From a virus: DNA of 39,875 bases. The notes below the pieces were generated by a model that saw nothing but the letters and a program-made list of their open reading frames with translations, was not told the DNA's origin and searched no databases. The DNA is taken from the IMG/VR virus record IMGVR_UViG_3300023118_000004, positions 1 through 39,875 of that record; one strand, given 5' to 3'. The position numbers and the translations under genes are program-made. Shown here one piece after another: positions 7,794 to 16,135 of the stretch; the stretch's first letter is position 1; each line of letters begins with the position of its first letter.

Positions 7794-9061
7794 ACACCTA
7801 AATTAAATTTATTCTGGTCGTATTTTTTATTGAATATCTTAACTTGATTATCTGTAAGCTCTGTTCTATCTATTGCTGATACTGTTTTCAAAGTAGTAGA
7901 AACTAAATGCTGAACAATTGAATTAACTACCAACATAGGCTGTACATCGAACTGCTTACATTGTTCAATTACAACATCATCACTACAATAGAAGTTTACA
8001 TCTTCATCGAAACCACCTATTCTCTCCCATAAAGAACGCTCTATCATAAAACACCAACCAGATAAATGTCTGCCTGTTTTATCGCCTATAGTATTTACCC
8101 TAATATCTCGCTGTCTTTGGTCACGTGGTTCTTTTGGGCTAACTAATGGATGATTAGCTTTAATAAGTTCATTTAACCAACCTGGTTTAAATAATAAATC
8201 GTTATTGGCTAACATTGCGTAATGTGCGGTTCCGTGTTTTATTCCAAAATTACCATAAGCATTGTAGTTAAATGCGAAATCAGGATGCAATACCGATGCA
8301 TTCCGATACGTAACACCTTTTGCGCTCTCAACCACAATAACATTAATCTTTATTCCTTTTGCACCTGAAATAGATGTATTAATAGCGTTTTGCGTCATTA
8401 ACTGCATCTGTCTTGTCTTACCATCCGAAATAATCACTACATCGACTACTGCAGGCTTTCTACTCTCAACAACATAAGGCGAATCTTCCTGCGCAACCGT
8501 TGTTTTTTCGTTGTAATCGTAATGATACAATACTCTGTTTATTTCATGCTGAGTTCTTAAATGTGGCTTTAATTGCTTTGAATAAGCAGAATCTTCACCG
8601 TTCTTAATATTCAAAAACGGTACTTTTAAGGCTATTTCTTTTTTAACACAGCAAATATGGTTTGGTAGTCTGTGGTAAGTATCGGTTGTATTGTAATCCT
8701 TTAGGTATTTATTTGAGTAATGGCATATTTTTGCAGGTTCTCCGTTCAAAGAAACAGAAGCAAGGAATGTAATTACATCGGCATTACTTTCTATTCCGGT
8801 TAACAGGCTCTCGATGTAATCAGGTTCAATCCTATCATCATCATCAATGAAAACAATGTAATCACCCTGTGCAATATCAATAAGATTGTTTCTTTTACTG
8901 CCTAACATTCTGGTTTTATTATCGATCAGGCACAACACTTCTACTTGCTTTTGTTGTTCAATTGGTAACGATTCTAATTGACCGTAAAGCATGTCTAAAC
9001 ATTTAGGTAAAAATGTATTTCTTCTTTCTGCAACGCTTGGAACTAATATGGATAGTTTCAT
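7790..9061 (-). CDS. Two-domain glycosyltransferase (tandem GT-A/GT2-like domains)
   Basis: The N-terminal domain shows 'LSILVPSVAER...' and 'IVFIDDDDRIEP'. The C-terminal domain shows 'VDVVIISDG...', 'NNDLLF' and 'GWCFMIERSLWERIGGFDEDVNFYCSDD'. Confidence 0.75.
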   Translation of the reverse strand: MKLSILVPSVAERRNTFLPKCLDMLYGQLESLPIEQQKQVEVLCLIDNKTRMLGSKRNNLIDIAQGDYIVFIDDDDRIEPDYIESLLTGIESNADVITFLASVSLNGEPAKICHYSNKYLKDYNTTDTYHRLPNHICCVKKEIALKVPFLNIKNGEDSAYSKQLKPHLRTQHEINRVLYHYDYNEKTTVAQEDSPYVVESRKPAVVDVVIISDGKTRQMQLMTQNAINTSISGAKGIKINVIVVESAKGVTYRNASVLHPDFAFNYNAYGNFGIKHGTAHYAMLANNDLLFKPGWLNELIKANHPLVSPKEPRDQRQRDIRVNTIGDKTGRHLSGWCFMIERSLWERIGGFDEDVNFYCSDDVVIEQCKQFDVQPMLVVNSIVQHLVSTTLKTVSAIDRTELTDNQVKIFNKKYDQNKFNLGV

Positions 9062-9064
9062 AAT

Positions 9065-9913
9065 TTAATTAAATTGGTTCTTTTTAATCGGTCTGCCGTT
9101 AGCATCTAATTTGTTTTTAAATATGATAATACACCTACAGTTGACGCAATTTCCGGCACTCAATCTACTATCGCAAGGATATTGAGCGGATTCCAAAGCC
9201 CCTGTCTTCATGTCTTGTAAATAGAACTCTTGCGTTAAATCTACATAAGGAACGTCCGACATTGCTCGATGTGTAGCACGAGTTCTTTTATCCATTGTCG
9301 GAAGCCATTTTTTTTGCTTAACGTATGTACTTGACGAAGCAGCTAAATATTTGCCTTGATTTGCACTCGTTATTGTTTCAGTTCTCGCAATAGCTAAAGA
9401 TCTGTTTTTATTAAAATCAGTATCTTTTCTAATTGTTCTAGCAACATCACGCGCTCCTAATCCTTCGCCTATTCCTTTTTCTATTAAATAAGCAATTCTT
9501 TTACGTGTGGTTTGCTCAACTTCTTTTATCCTGCCCGCAATACGCACAGTAATAAAATCATTAAGCAATGAACGCCACATATTTATTGGAACCGAATCTG
9601 TATTAGTAAAAATGCTGGCTAATGCATCGATTAAATCTTTTTGTTGTTTTATACTCGGGTCATCGAATTCGCGCCACTGTATTTCTGCTTCCTGAATGGT
9701 TACGTCTGTATAAAGTTGCTTATAAATGGTTTCTAAACGTGAATTATAAATATCATACGCCATAGATCCTGATTCGTAAGCATCGGAAGCCGATTTATTA
9801 ACAGCTTGTAAATAAGCGTAATATTTCTTTTTGTATTTACGTTCATAAACAGCCTGACGCCTTAAAAAAGCCTTATGAGATTGCATTGTCTGTTTAGCTT
9901 CTTTTAGTCTCAT
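9065..9913 (-). CDS. Head morphogenesis protein (Mu F / SPP1 gp7-like minor capsid protein)
   Basis: Lies directly after the portal gene. Motifs: 'ARTETITSANQG', 'DKRTRATHRAM' and the C-terminal 'CVNCRC'. Confidence 0.8.
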   Translation of the reverse strand: MRLKEAKQTMQSHKAFLRRQAVYERKYKKKYYAYLQAVNKSASDAYESGSMAYDIYNSRLETIYKQLYTDVTIQEAEIQWREFDDPSIKQQKDLIDALASIFTNTDSVPINMWRSLLNDFITVRIAGRIKEVEQTTRKRIAYLIEKGIGEGLGARDVARTIRKDTDFNKNRSLAIARTETITSANQGKYLAASSSTYVKQKKWLPTMDKRTRATHRAMSDVPYVDLTQEFYLQDMKTGALESAQYPCDSRLSAGNCVNCRCIIIFKNKLDANGRPIKKNQFN

Positions 9914-11232
9914 AATCCTAATTCATCTTCATCAACGTAATTCTCCTCTATTATATATAAGTCCTCTAATGTAGTTAATCCACTTGGGATAATAACCAAA
10001 TGTCTTTCATTATCTTTTAGTTTATCGTAACCCATTAATGCTCTTCGTTCGTCATAAGTAAGCAAGTATGAAGTCATTGCAATCTCACTTTGAGTCTTAA
10101 GATCGTCCTGCATTTCAGGGAATATAGTATAATCATATTCAATTACTAAATCTAGTTTTAGTTTTTTCTTTATAAATTTGTTATAAGTGTCTTTTCTAGA
10201 TTCTACTAATGGAATAACGCAATCAGTTAATGCAGCTTTTCTAGCTTCTTTGAAATTGTTATATTTCTTTTCTCCACCCATTAAATCACTAGGGTACTGA
10301 TACACATTGCAGAGTTCGTTAGTCATTTCCGTTTTGCTAGCAAGTATATTCAGATCAACAGCAGACAATCCGAAAGCAGTCCATGTCAACGCGCTTGGAG
10401 TTACTAATATATCTCCTGCTTTATGTACTCCCTGATGCTGTTTTTTGAATTTATCTTGAATTGCAATAGCCTGTTCTTCACTTAATCCATCAGCTGATGA
10501 AGTGGCTCCTGTAATCATTCCCCCGGGGCCCATATTTTCGAATTGAAAACCTTGTGTTAAATCAGCATTCTTATAACGCCCTAACAAAAGCCTGCATGAT
10601 TGCAAAGGGGATAATCCTTTGAATTGCTTGGTTGGTGATTGCCCAGATAAAATAGGGTTCCATTTTTTGAAATGTATAACTTCATCGCCTGGCAATGTAT
10701 TTTCTAAATAATTTACTTTGTATTTAAATTCAGGAGAAAAAGGACTTCCAGAAACCAATATATCTACACAAGGCGAAGGAATAGAGTGTAATTCATGTGT
10801 TGAACCTACTGAAATGTGATAAGCGTAAGAGTTGCCTGTTAACAGTTTATATCCGTCAATATTATAGTTAAATTCACTTGTGGTTTGATAGTCGTTTGGA
10901 GTAAGTAAAAGTTCTTCAATAACGGTATTCTCTACTTTTTCATATGCTTCCGCTTTCATTAAAATGGCGCCAACATAATCACCGCTTTTCATTAATGCTT
11001 TGTACTTAAGCTCTTTTGATTTGCTTTTAACCTTAAACACTTCAAACGGAACTATTGTGGATTTCGATAGAATAGCTTCAATTAGCCCGTAAACATTAGG
11101 AAGTTCTTTATATCCTTTATCAATATAAGTATCGCTTTTTTCGTCAGGATAAATCCACTCACCGCTTTTAGAAAGCGTCCAATTCACGTTAAGGTTAACT
11201 GCTTTTTTAAAGAATCTATCGAATATACTCAT
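9910..11232 (-). CDS. Portal protein
   Basis: About 440 aa, immediately downstream of TerL. I chose the start at MSIFDRFFKK (11232); the ORF track extends to 11265. Confidence 0.8.
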   Translation of the reverse strand: MSIFDRFFKKAVNLNVNWTLSKSGEWIYPDEKSDTYIDKGYKELPNVYGLIEAILSKSTIVPFEVFKVKSKSKELKYKALMKSGDYVGAILMKAEAYEKVENTVIEELLLTPNDYQTTSEFNYNIDGYKLLTGNSYAYHISVGSTHELHSIPSPCVDILVSGSPFSPEFKYKVNYLENTLPGDEVIHFKKWNPILSGQSPTKQFKGLSPLQSCRLLLGRYKNADLTQGFQFENMGPGGMITGATSSADGLSEEQAIAIQDKFKKQHQGVHKAGDILVTPSALTWTAFGLSAVDLNILASKTEMTNELCNVYQYPSDLMGGEKKYNNFKEARKAALTDCVIPLVESRKDTYNKFIKKKLKLDLVIEYDYTIFPEMQDDLKTQSEIAMTSYLLTYDERRALMGYDKLKDNERHLVIIPSGLTTLEDLYIIEENYVDEDELGL

Positions 11233-11277
11233 TTTATCTATAATAAATTTCAGGTAAAAATACAAAATTATTTCACA

Positions 11278-12753
11278 CTAAAGAACAAACCAATTATTTT
11301 TAGCCTCTATTTCAACTATTCCGGTTAACGTGTCTGGCGCATCATCAAATTTATTAGCTTTAAATTCTTTTTTGTATTTAGTGACTGCTTTATAAAAATC
11401 AGGCCATCTAACTGACCAATCAGAAGGAAACACGATTGTATTTGTAACAGACGCAGAATTAGAATAAATACGAGCTTCTTTATTAGATCCTTGATGAAAC
11501 CATTTAATTTCAAGGTTTTTCTTTTTCTCTTTTACGAGCTTTTCAACTGCTCTAGCGAAACTACGACCTCCGTTATTCGATTCAATATTAGTTAAATTTA
11601 CATTGTTTCTAAGTATTAAATCAGCGGTTAACGGCTCGGTTACTTCCATTGGTTCTGGCGTGTAAATTATATCCAGTACATAACAATGATCATCAACTTT
11701 GTCCAAAGGCAAGCCGTAAACAATAGAACATAATTTATCGGCTCCTGTATCTGCTGTATCGGTATAGTTTTTTATTATTTTAAATTCAGGCTTAGTTGAA
11801 TATGTTTTAAATGCCGAATACATTAAACCATCTTTACTTACCGGATCGCCTTGATAAAGACAGTCAAATTTATCTGCATCTTTACTTCTTGCTGATCTTA
11901 ATTTAAAAATAGAATGTTTCTCAGGATATAACGCTTCACCTTCTTTTCTTTCGTCAAAATCAGTAGGCTCACCCTCTTTTATGGCTTTGAAGTTAATCTT
12001 TATAAATTCGTCCTCTTTTAGCGATTTTAAGAACTCGTAAATATCTCCGCCTGTATATTCCTTAACTTTTCCTAATTCTTCTAATTTGGCTACTAAATCA
12101 TTCTCAGACCAACGGGTAAAAACAATCAGCTGTTGGCTGTCATTATGTAAACGTGTTTCTGCAACAGATAAATACCAATCCCATACTCTTTCCTGAATTA
12201 TTGGAGAATTTGCATCTTGCCAATCTTTATATAAATCATCTAGTAGTAGTAAATCTACAGCATCCCCTGTTAGTGGGCCACCAACACCTACAAACTTCAT
12301 AGATCCCTCGCTGTTTACTGATTCTCTTGTAGTGTTTGTATTTGCTTTTGCTCCGGTATAGCCTCGATCAGGATATTTAACATCTGGGAAAATATCTGCG
12401 TAAATAGGTTCTCGCATTATTCCCATTATCTCACGTCCAAACTTCTCAGCTTTAGTAGCATTATAACTAATTAAAGCTTGTTTTAAATCAGGTCTTTTTC
12501 CCGCTATGTATGCGGGTAACCTTCGTGAACTTCCTTCTGATTTTCCGTGTTGTGGAGGCGCGGAAACAATTAAGTTTTTAATTTCGCCTCTAGCGAATAA
12601 ATCAAGTATGTTGTAGTATTTTTTATGAAAACCAGATGATTGGAATTTTTTGAACGTAGCTTTAGTAAACGATAAAAGATCTTCAGATCCTTTTTCAATA
12701 GCATCTAAATAAAGTAAATTTTCTAACTCTAGTAATTCCTCATTACTTATCAT
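11278..12753 (-). CDS. terL: Terminase large subunit
   Basis: 491 aa with Walker A 'APPQHGKSE', Walker B 'LLLLDDLYKD' and a C-terminal nuclease-like half. Confidence 0.9.
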   Translation of the reverse strand: MISNEELLELENLLYLDAIEKGSEDLLSFTKATFKKFQSSGFHKKYYNILDLFARGEIKNLIVSAPPQHGKSEGSSRRLPAYIAGKRPDLKQALISYNATKAEKFGREIMGIMREPIYADIFPDVKYPDRGYTGAKANTNTTRESVNSEGSMKFVGVGGPLTGDAVDLLLLDDLYKDWQDANSPIIQERVWDWYLSVAETRLHNDSQQLIVFTRWSENDLVAKLEELGKVKEYTGGDIYEFLKSLKEDEFIKINFKAIKEGEPTDFDERKEGEALYPEKHSIFKLRSARSKDADKFDCLYQGDPVSKDGLMYSAFKTYSTKPEFKIIKNYTDTADTGADKLCSIVYGLPLDKVDDHCYVLDIIYTPEPMEVTEPLTADLILRNNVNLTNIESNNGGRSFARAVEKLVKEKKKNLEIKWFHQGSNKEARIYSNSASVTNTIVFPSDWSVRWPDFYKAVTKYKKEFKANKFDDAPDTLTGIVEIEAKNNWFVL

Positions 12754-13048
12754 TTAGCTTTGATTTCAATTCTTCTATTCTCTTTTGTCTTTCTTCAGTA
12801 GACAAATTACTTCCGTCGATATTAAAGTTATTATTGTCGACAACTTGCTTAGGCATGCCGTAACGATATTGCAACCATGTTTTAATTGCGTTGGTATCTC
12901 CTGCTTCTACTTTTTCCCCTAAAGCCATCCATACCGATTCAGGAACCATAACAGCGTCCATTTGCTCAATAAGTTTTATCTCGTCAGCTTTAGGTTTTCT
13001 GCCCGCTCCTGGTCTTGCTCCACCGTTATCTTTCCTGTCATCTGCCAT
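12743..13048 (-). CDS. terS: Terminase small subunit
   Basis: 'MADDRKDNGGARPGAGRKPK' basic DNA-binding N-terminus, overlapping terL by 11 nt. The ORF-track start at 13099 would run over the predicted promoter. Confidence 0.7.
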   Translation of the reverse strand: MADDRKDNGGARPGAGRKPKADEIKLIEQMDAVMVPESVWMALGEKVEAGDTNAIKTWLQYRYGMPKQVVDNNNFNIDGSNLSTEERQKRIEELKSKLNDK

Positions 13049-13081
13049 AATTGAAAAAAATTGATTATTCAGTTTTACAAC

Positions 13082-13089
13082 CAAAATTA
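13082..13089 (-). promoter_or_regulatory. Candidate -7 promoter box for the packaging/late operon
   Basis: The minus strand reads TAATTTTG (TAnnTTTG), about 35 nt upstream of the terS ATG and immediately after a terminator. Confidence 0.5.
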
Positions 13090-13102
13090 CACATTCCAAT
13101 CG

Positions 13103-13138
13103 TAAAAAGCAAAAAACACGTAACTAAACGTGTTTTGC
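13103..13138 (-). terminator. Rho-independent terminator upstream of terS
   Basis: GCAAAACACGT / ACGTGTTTT(T)TGC hairpin with a 6-nt loop and one bulged base, followed by T5 on the minus strand. Confidence 0.55.
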
Positions 13139-13145
13139 TCCAAAA

Positions 13146-13319
13146 TTACGCATACCATTTATGAAGTTTTTCAAACTCTTCTACAACGTCTTTATGTCCT
13201 AAATGTATTAACAACATGCATAGTAGTGCGTCTGCTCTTCTGTGATCTAATTCCGTATCCCTCATTGAACTTTCAATAATATTCAACTCTTTAAGTTCCT
13301 GCAATATTTCTTCTTTCAT
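13146..13319 (-). CDS. Small hypothetical protein (hand-called, 57 aa)
   Basis: MKEEILQELKELNIIESSMRDTELDHRRADALLCMLLIHLGHKDVVEEFEKLHKWYA. It fills an otherwise empty gap on the coding strand. Confidence 0.4.
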   Translation of the reverse strand: MKEEILQELKELNIIESSMRDTELDHRRADALLCMLLIHLGHKDVVEEFEKLHKWYA

Positions 13320-13354
13320 AATCTACTTTATTTGTAATTCGTATTTAGTTTTTA

Positions 13355-13576
13355 TTAATCGGGTATTGACATCCAACGAACAATATCGCTTAATTCGTAA
13401 TCATCTTGGCGATACCAGTCATTAAATTCTGACCCATCAATAAAACCCGAATATAAAACAGCAATAAATGTTTCTCCTTTAGAATCCTGAGCAATAACTT
13501 TATCGCTTCTTAATCCATCCCAATTGCCTTTTTCTGTGCATATCGGATTTTTATCTTTTGTATAATTCCATCCCAT
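13355..13576 (-). CDS. DUF551-like phage protein
   Basis: 73 aa ending '...VRWMSIPD', resembling the DUF551 W..lP C-terminus. Confidence 0.5.
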   Translation of the reverse strand: MGWNYTKDKNPICTEKGNWDGLRSDKVIAQDSKGETFIAVLYSGFIDGSEFNDWYRQDDYELSDIVRWMSIPD

Positions 13577-13594
13577 CCCTAATAATTTACTTGG

Positions 13595-14041
13595 TTAAAT
13601 TGTTATTTGTTTTTGTGCGGTTTTGGTTAGTTCAGGAAAACATTTAATTTTTATTAAACTCTCTATTGTTTTTTCTTCAATAGAAAAAATATAATTTTCA
13701 TGTTTAACTACTGTCGTGTGTTCATAGCCAAACCCCTCAAACAAAACACGTTTTTTTGCTTCTTCAAATTCCATCATAGGTAAATAATACGCGTCTAATC
13801 CTTTTTTATCTGATTCTGAATATTCGTTAATAGGCTTATTTACATTGAAATAATTTTCCTCTTTAGGCTCTTCCAAAACAACCCAAACGCCATCAACAAG
13901 CTTGCAGGGAACGAACATCCATAATTCAAGTTTTTGAGAAAGGAAAGATGCGAACCGAACTAACAACCTTACTAGTATTTCTGCATCATTTATTTTGGCT
14001 GATTGTTCTAAAACAAAATCAGTCATTGATATTAGTTTCAT
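13595..14041 (-). CDS. Hypothetical protein, paralog of 5812-6264
   Basis: Shares the N-terminus and the ELWMFVPC / VLFEGF motifs. ATGA overlap with the upstream beta-barrel gene. Confidence 0.7.
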   Translation of the reverse strand: MKLISMTDFVLEQSAKINDAEILVRLLVRFASFLSQKLELWMFVPCKLVDGVWVVLEEPKEENYFNVNKPINEYSESDKKGLDAYYLPMMEFEEAKKRVLFEGFGYEHTTVVKHENYIFSIEEKTIESLIKIKCFPELTKTAQKQITI

Positions 14042-14505
14042 AATCTATTCAAATTAAAAGTTAATCCAACAAGTGCGGAATTTATATTGTCATATCCGGC
14101 ATTAATCTGTGCGTTTTCCGATACTTTTAATCCAAAACGTATTCCAACTGCTAAATATAATTTTTGTTTCTCCTGAATACCGTTAATACGTTGGTCTAAA
14201 TATGCGGTTCCGATTTTTCCGGTTATGGTAATTGAATCAAATGTACCGCCAACTTCTCCAAATAAAGCCGGAACAACATCTGATTTTAGATCGTGCATGT
14301 TTCGGTTTACATCGTTTTTGTTTGCTCGTTTTTCAACTATTCCGGCATCGACTACAGAAGCAGAAAAACCAAAGTTTAAAAAATCTTCATCTTGGTATGT
14401 GTAACCAATTTCGATTGCTTTATATCCTGCTGATGCACGGATTTGTGATTGAGCGTTTACGTTTAGGTAAATTAAAATTAATGCGAGTGTGGCTAATTTT
14501 TTCAT
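14038..14505 (-). CDS. Small outer-membrane beta-barrel protein (OmpX/Ail/Lom-size) with a signal peptide
   Basis: Signal peptide 'MKKLATLALILIYLNVNAQ', then alternating hydrophobic beta-strand patterns rich in G/Y/A. 155 aa. Confidence 0.6.
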   Translation of the reverse strand: MKKLATLALILIYLNVNAQSQIRASAGYKAIEIGYTYQDEDFLNFGFSASVVDAGIVEKRANKNDVNRNMHDLKSDVVPALFGEVGGTFDSITITGKIGTAYLDQRINGIQEKQKLYLAVGIRFGLKVSENAQINAGYDNINSALVGLTFNLNRL

Positions 14506-14507
14506 AA

Positions 14508-14810
14508 TTATTTTGATTGATATATTTTACATTGGTTTAATAAAAAACAGTGAGTCCCTTTAATATCTCCGTTTCTTTTGAATTCAACAAGCCTTATATA
14601 TTCATCACCTTTTAAAATGATTGCGTTGGTGAAATAAGACTTTCCGTTTACTACTACTTTGAATATAGTGGTGTATTTAGCATCTGAAAACTCAATATTA
14701 ATGCAGGTTCTTGACTTTTCCTGAGCCGATGCACTGTTTATCATTGCAAATACGATTGTGAAAATCAATATAAAAGCAATGGTTAACTTAATTTTGTCTG
14801 ATTTTTTCAT
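14508..14810 (-). CDS. Secreted/exported small protein
   Basis: 100 aa with an N-terminal signal/anchor 'KLTIAFILIFTIVFAMINSASAQ'. Confidence 0.55.
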   Translation of the reverse strand: MKKSDKIKLTIAFILIFTIVFAMINSASAQEKSRTCINIEFSDAKYTTIFKVVVNGKSYFTNAIILKGDEYIRLVEFKRNGDIKGTHCFLLNQCKIYQSK

Positions 14811-14985
14811 GGTTTACTTTTTTTTGGTTTTTAATTCTTTCAGCAATAATGTTTTGATTGTGTTCGTTTCTGATGTAAGCCGATAATTCGCCAAAGCTGT
14901 TTAAAGCGAATATTTTAGCGTAGGTTTCATTTACTTTTCTTCCTTCTATTTTGCTTACGACTTGTACTAATGTTTTTGATTCCAT
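14788..14985 (-). CDS. Hypothetical small basic protein
   Basis: 65-aa ORF on the coding strand. Confidence 0.45.
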   Translation of the reverse strand: MESKTLVQVVSKIEGRKVNETYAKIFALNSFGELSAYIRNEHNQNIIAERIKNQKKVNHEKIRQN

Positions 14986-15025
14986 ATTTTTAATTAACCG
15001 GATATTTCACCGGCTTGTTTTTGGT

Positions 15026-15247
15026 TTATATAATGTTTTTTCTTTTTACGATTAAAGCAAGTTGAAATAATGTATTTGCTTTATGTTCTTCTTTTAGTCC
15101 TTTGATTCGTTTTTCAATTATCGAAATAGAATTTGGTTTGATTCCCATTTTAACAAAGTGCTGTCTGATTTCTTTTTGTTCTAATCCTCCCGCTAGTGAT
15201 TGCAAAATTAATAAATCAAGTTCCGGATTTTGTTCTTTTGTATTCAT
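15026..15247 (-). CDS. LuxR/GerE-type helix-turn-helix regulator (stand-alone)
   Basis: 73 aa. 'LILQSLAGGLEQKEIRQHF...SISIIEKRIKGLKEE' fits the LuxR C-terminal HTH pattern. Confidence 0.6.
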   Translation of the reverse strand: MNTKEQNPELDLLILQSLAGGLEQKEIRQHFVKMGIKPNSISIIEKRIKGLKEEHKANTLFQLALIVKRKNII

Positions 15248-15275
15248 AATATATTTTTTGGTTTAAAATTATATT

Positions 15276-15283
15276 CAAATATA
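15276..15283 (-). promoter_or_regulatory. Candidate -7 promoter box upstream of the LuxR-like gene
   Basis: The minus strand reads TATATTTG, about 29 nt upstream of the ATG at 15247. Confidence 0.45.
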
Positions 15284-15329
15284 CGGATAACATTTCGAAT
15301 AAAAAAGGATTTCCTTAATTATTTTCATT

Positions 15330-15458
15330 TTATTTCCCCCTTTCAGCGTAAACCGTTTTGATATCTGAATACGTTATGCTGGTTATCGACTTGGATTGCA
15401 TGATTTCTTTTTTCTCATGAAGCGGTTTGTCTCTCCAAAATCTTAGTATTTTTTTCAT
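15330..15458 (-). CDS. Small ORF translationally coupled to the methyltransferase (hand-called, 42 aa)
   Basis: MKKILRFWRDKPLHEKKEIMQSKSITSITYSDIKTVYAERGK. Its ATG shares a base with the methyltransferase TAA (TAATG). Confidence 0.3.
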   Translation of the reverse strand: MKKILRFWRDKPLHEKKEIMQSKSITSITYSDIKTVYAERGK

Positions 15459-16099
15459 TAAAACATTTGTAATTGGTTTTCTACTGAGTTTTTTACTATA
15501 CCTAACATAGTTTGATAAATAGTATTTCCAGCTTCATAGTCAACAAGGTTGCGGGCGATTTTGAGCATTTTTTGTTCTCCTTTGTATTGTGTAAAATCAT
15601 ATTTATGAAACTCACAAAGTCCTTTTAATTCTTGTTTAGCCGAAGATATAGCAAACCTGCGATCATTTAAATCATTAGGTAAATTAAAATTTGTCCAATA
15701 CAAATGACGTCCTCTTTTTTTTGCTTGTATAAGTGGCTCATAATACGGTATTACATTTTCAACAACCCATTTTCCTTTAAAATAATGCTGTAGAAAAAGT
15801 ATTTCTTCATAAAGTTTCATGTCTGGGTAAACTGCTTCTGTAGTTGTATCGTAATTAGAACTGTTCCAATACCTGGCACGTGAATGCGTTGGGCACGGAG
15901 GACTTGACCAAATAAAATCAAATTCTTTATAGTGATCTAACAAGTATTGGTGTGCGTCTGCTATAATCACTTTGTCATTAGGAAAACGTTCTTGATACAT
16001 TCTAGCTAATTCAGGATCTAATTCAACTGCGGTAACTTCGCAATCAGTCCATAATAATCTGTTGCCTCCAAGGCATGCGTATAAATTTAGTACTTTCAT
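15458..16099 (-). CDS. DNA (cytosine-5)-methyltransferase, unusually short
   Basis: Motif I-like 'VLNLYACLGG', motif IV 'SSPPCPTHS' and motif VI 'VVENV'. It is only 213 aa, so there is little room for a target-recognition domain. No partner restriction gene is present. Confidence 0.7.
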   Translation of the reverse strand: MKVLNLYACLGGNRLLWTDCEVTAVELDPELARMYQERFPNDKVIIADAHQYLLDHYKEFDFIWSSPPCPTHSRARYWNSSNYDTTTEAVYPDMKLYEEILFLQHYFKGKWVVENVIPYYEPLIQAKKRGRHLYWTNFNLPNDLNDRRFAISSAKQELKGLCEFHKYDFTQYKGEQKMLKIARNLVDYEAGNTIYQTMLGIVKNSVENQLQMF

Positions 16100-16135
16100 A
16101 TTAAAATTCCGTTAATAGTTAATAGCTGTTTTAGG

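Noticed and set aside
4516-9061. The accessory island as a mobile element, such as an inserted transposon or homing cassette.
   Set aside because: I could find no flanking direct or inverted repeats, transposase or homing endonuclease motifs. The GT genes abut MuF with a 3-nt gap like ordinary operon members.
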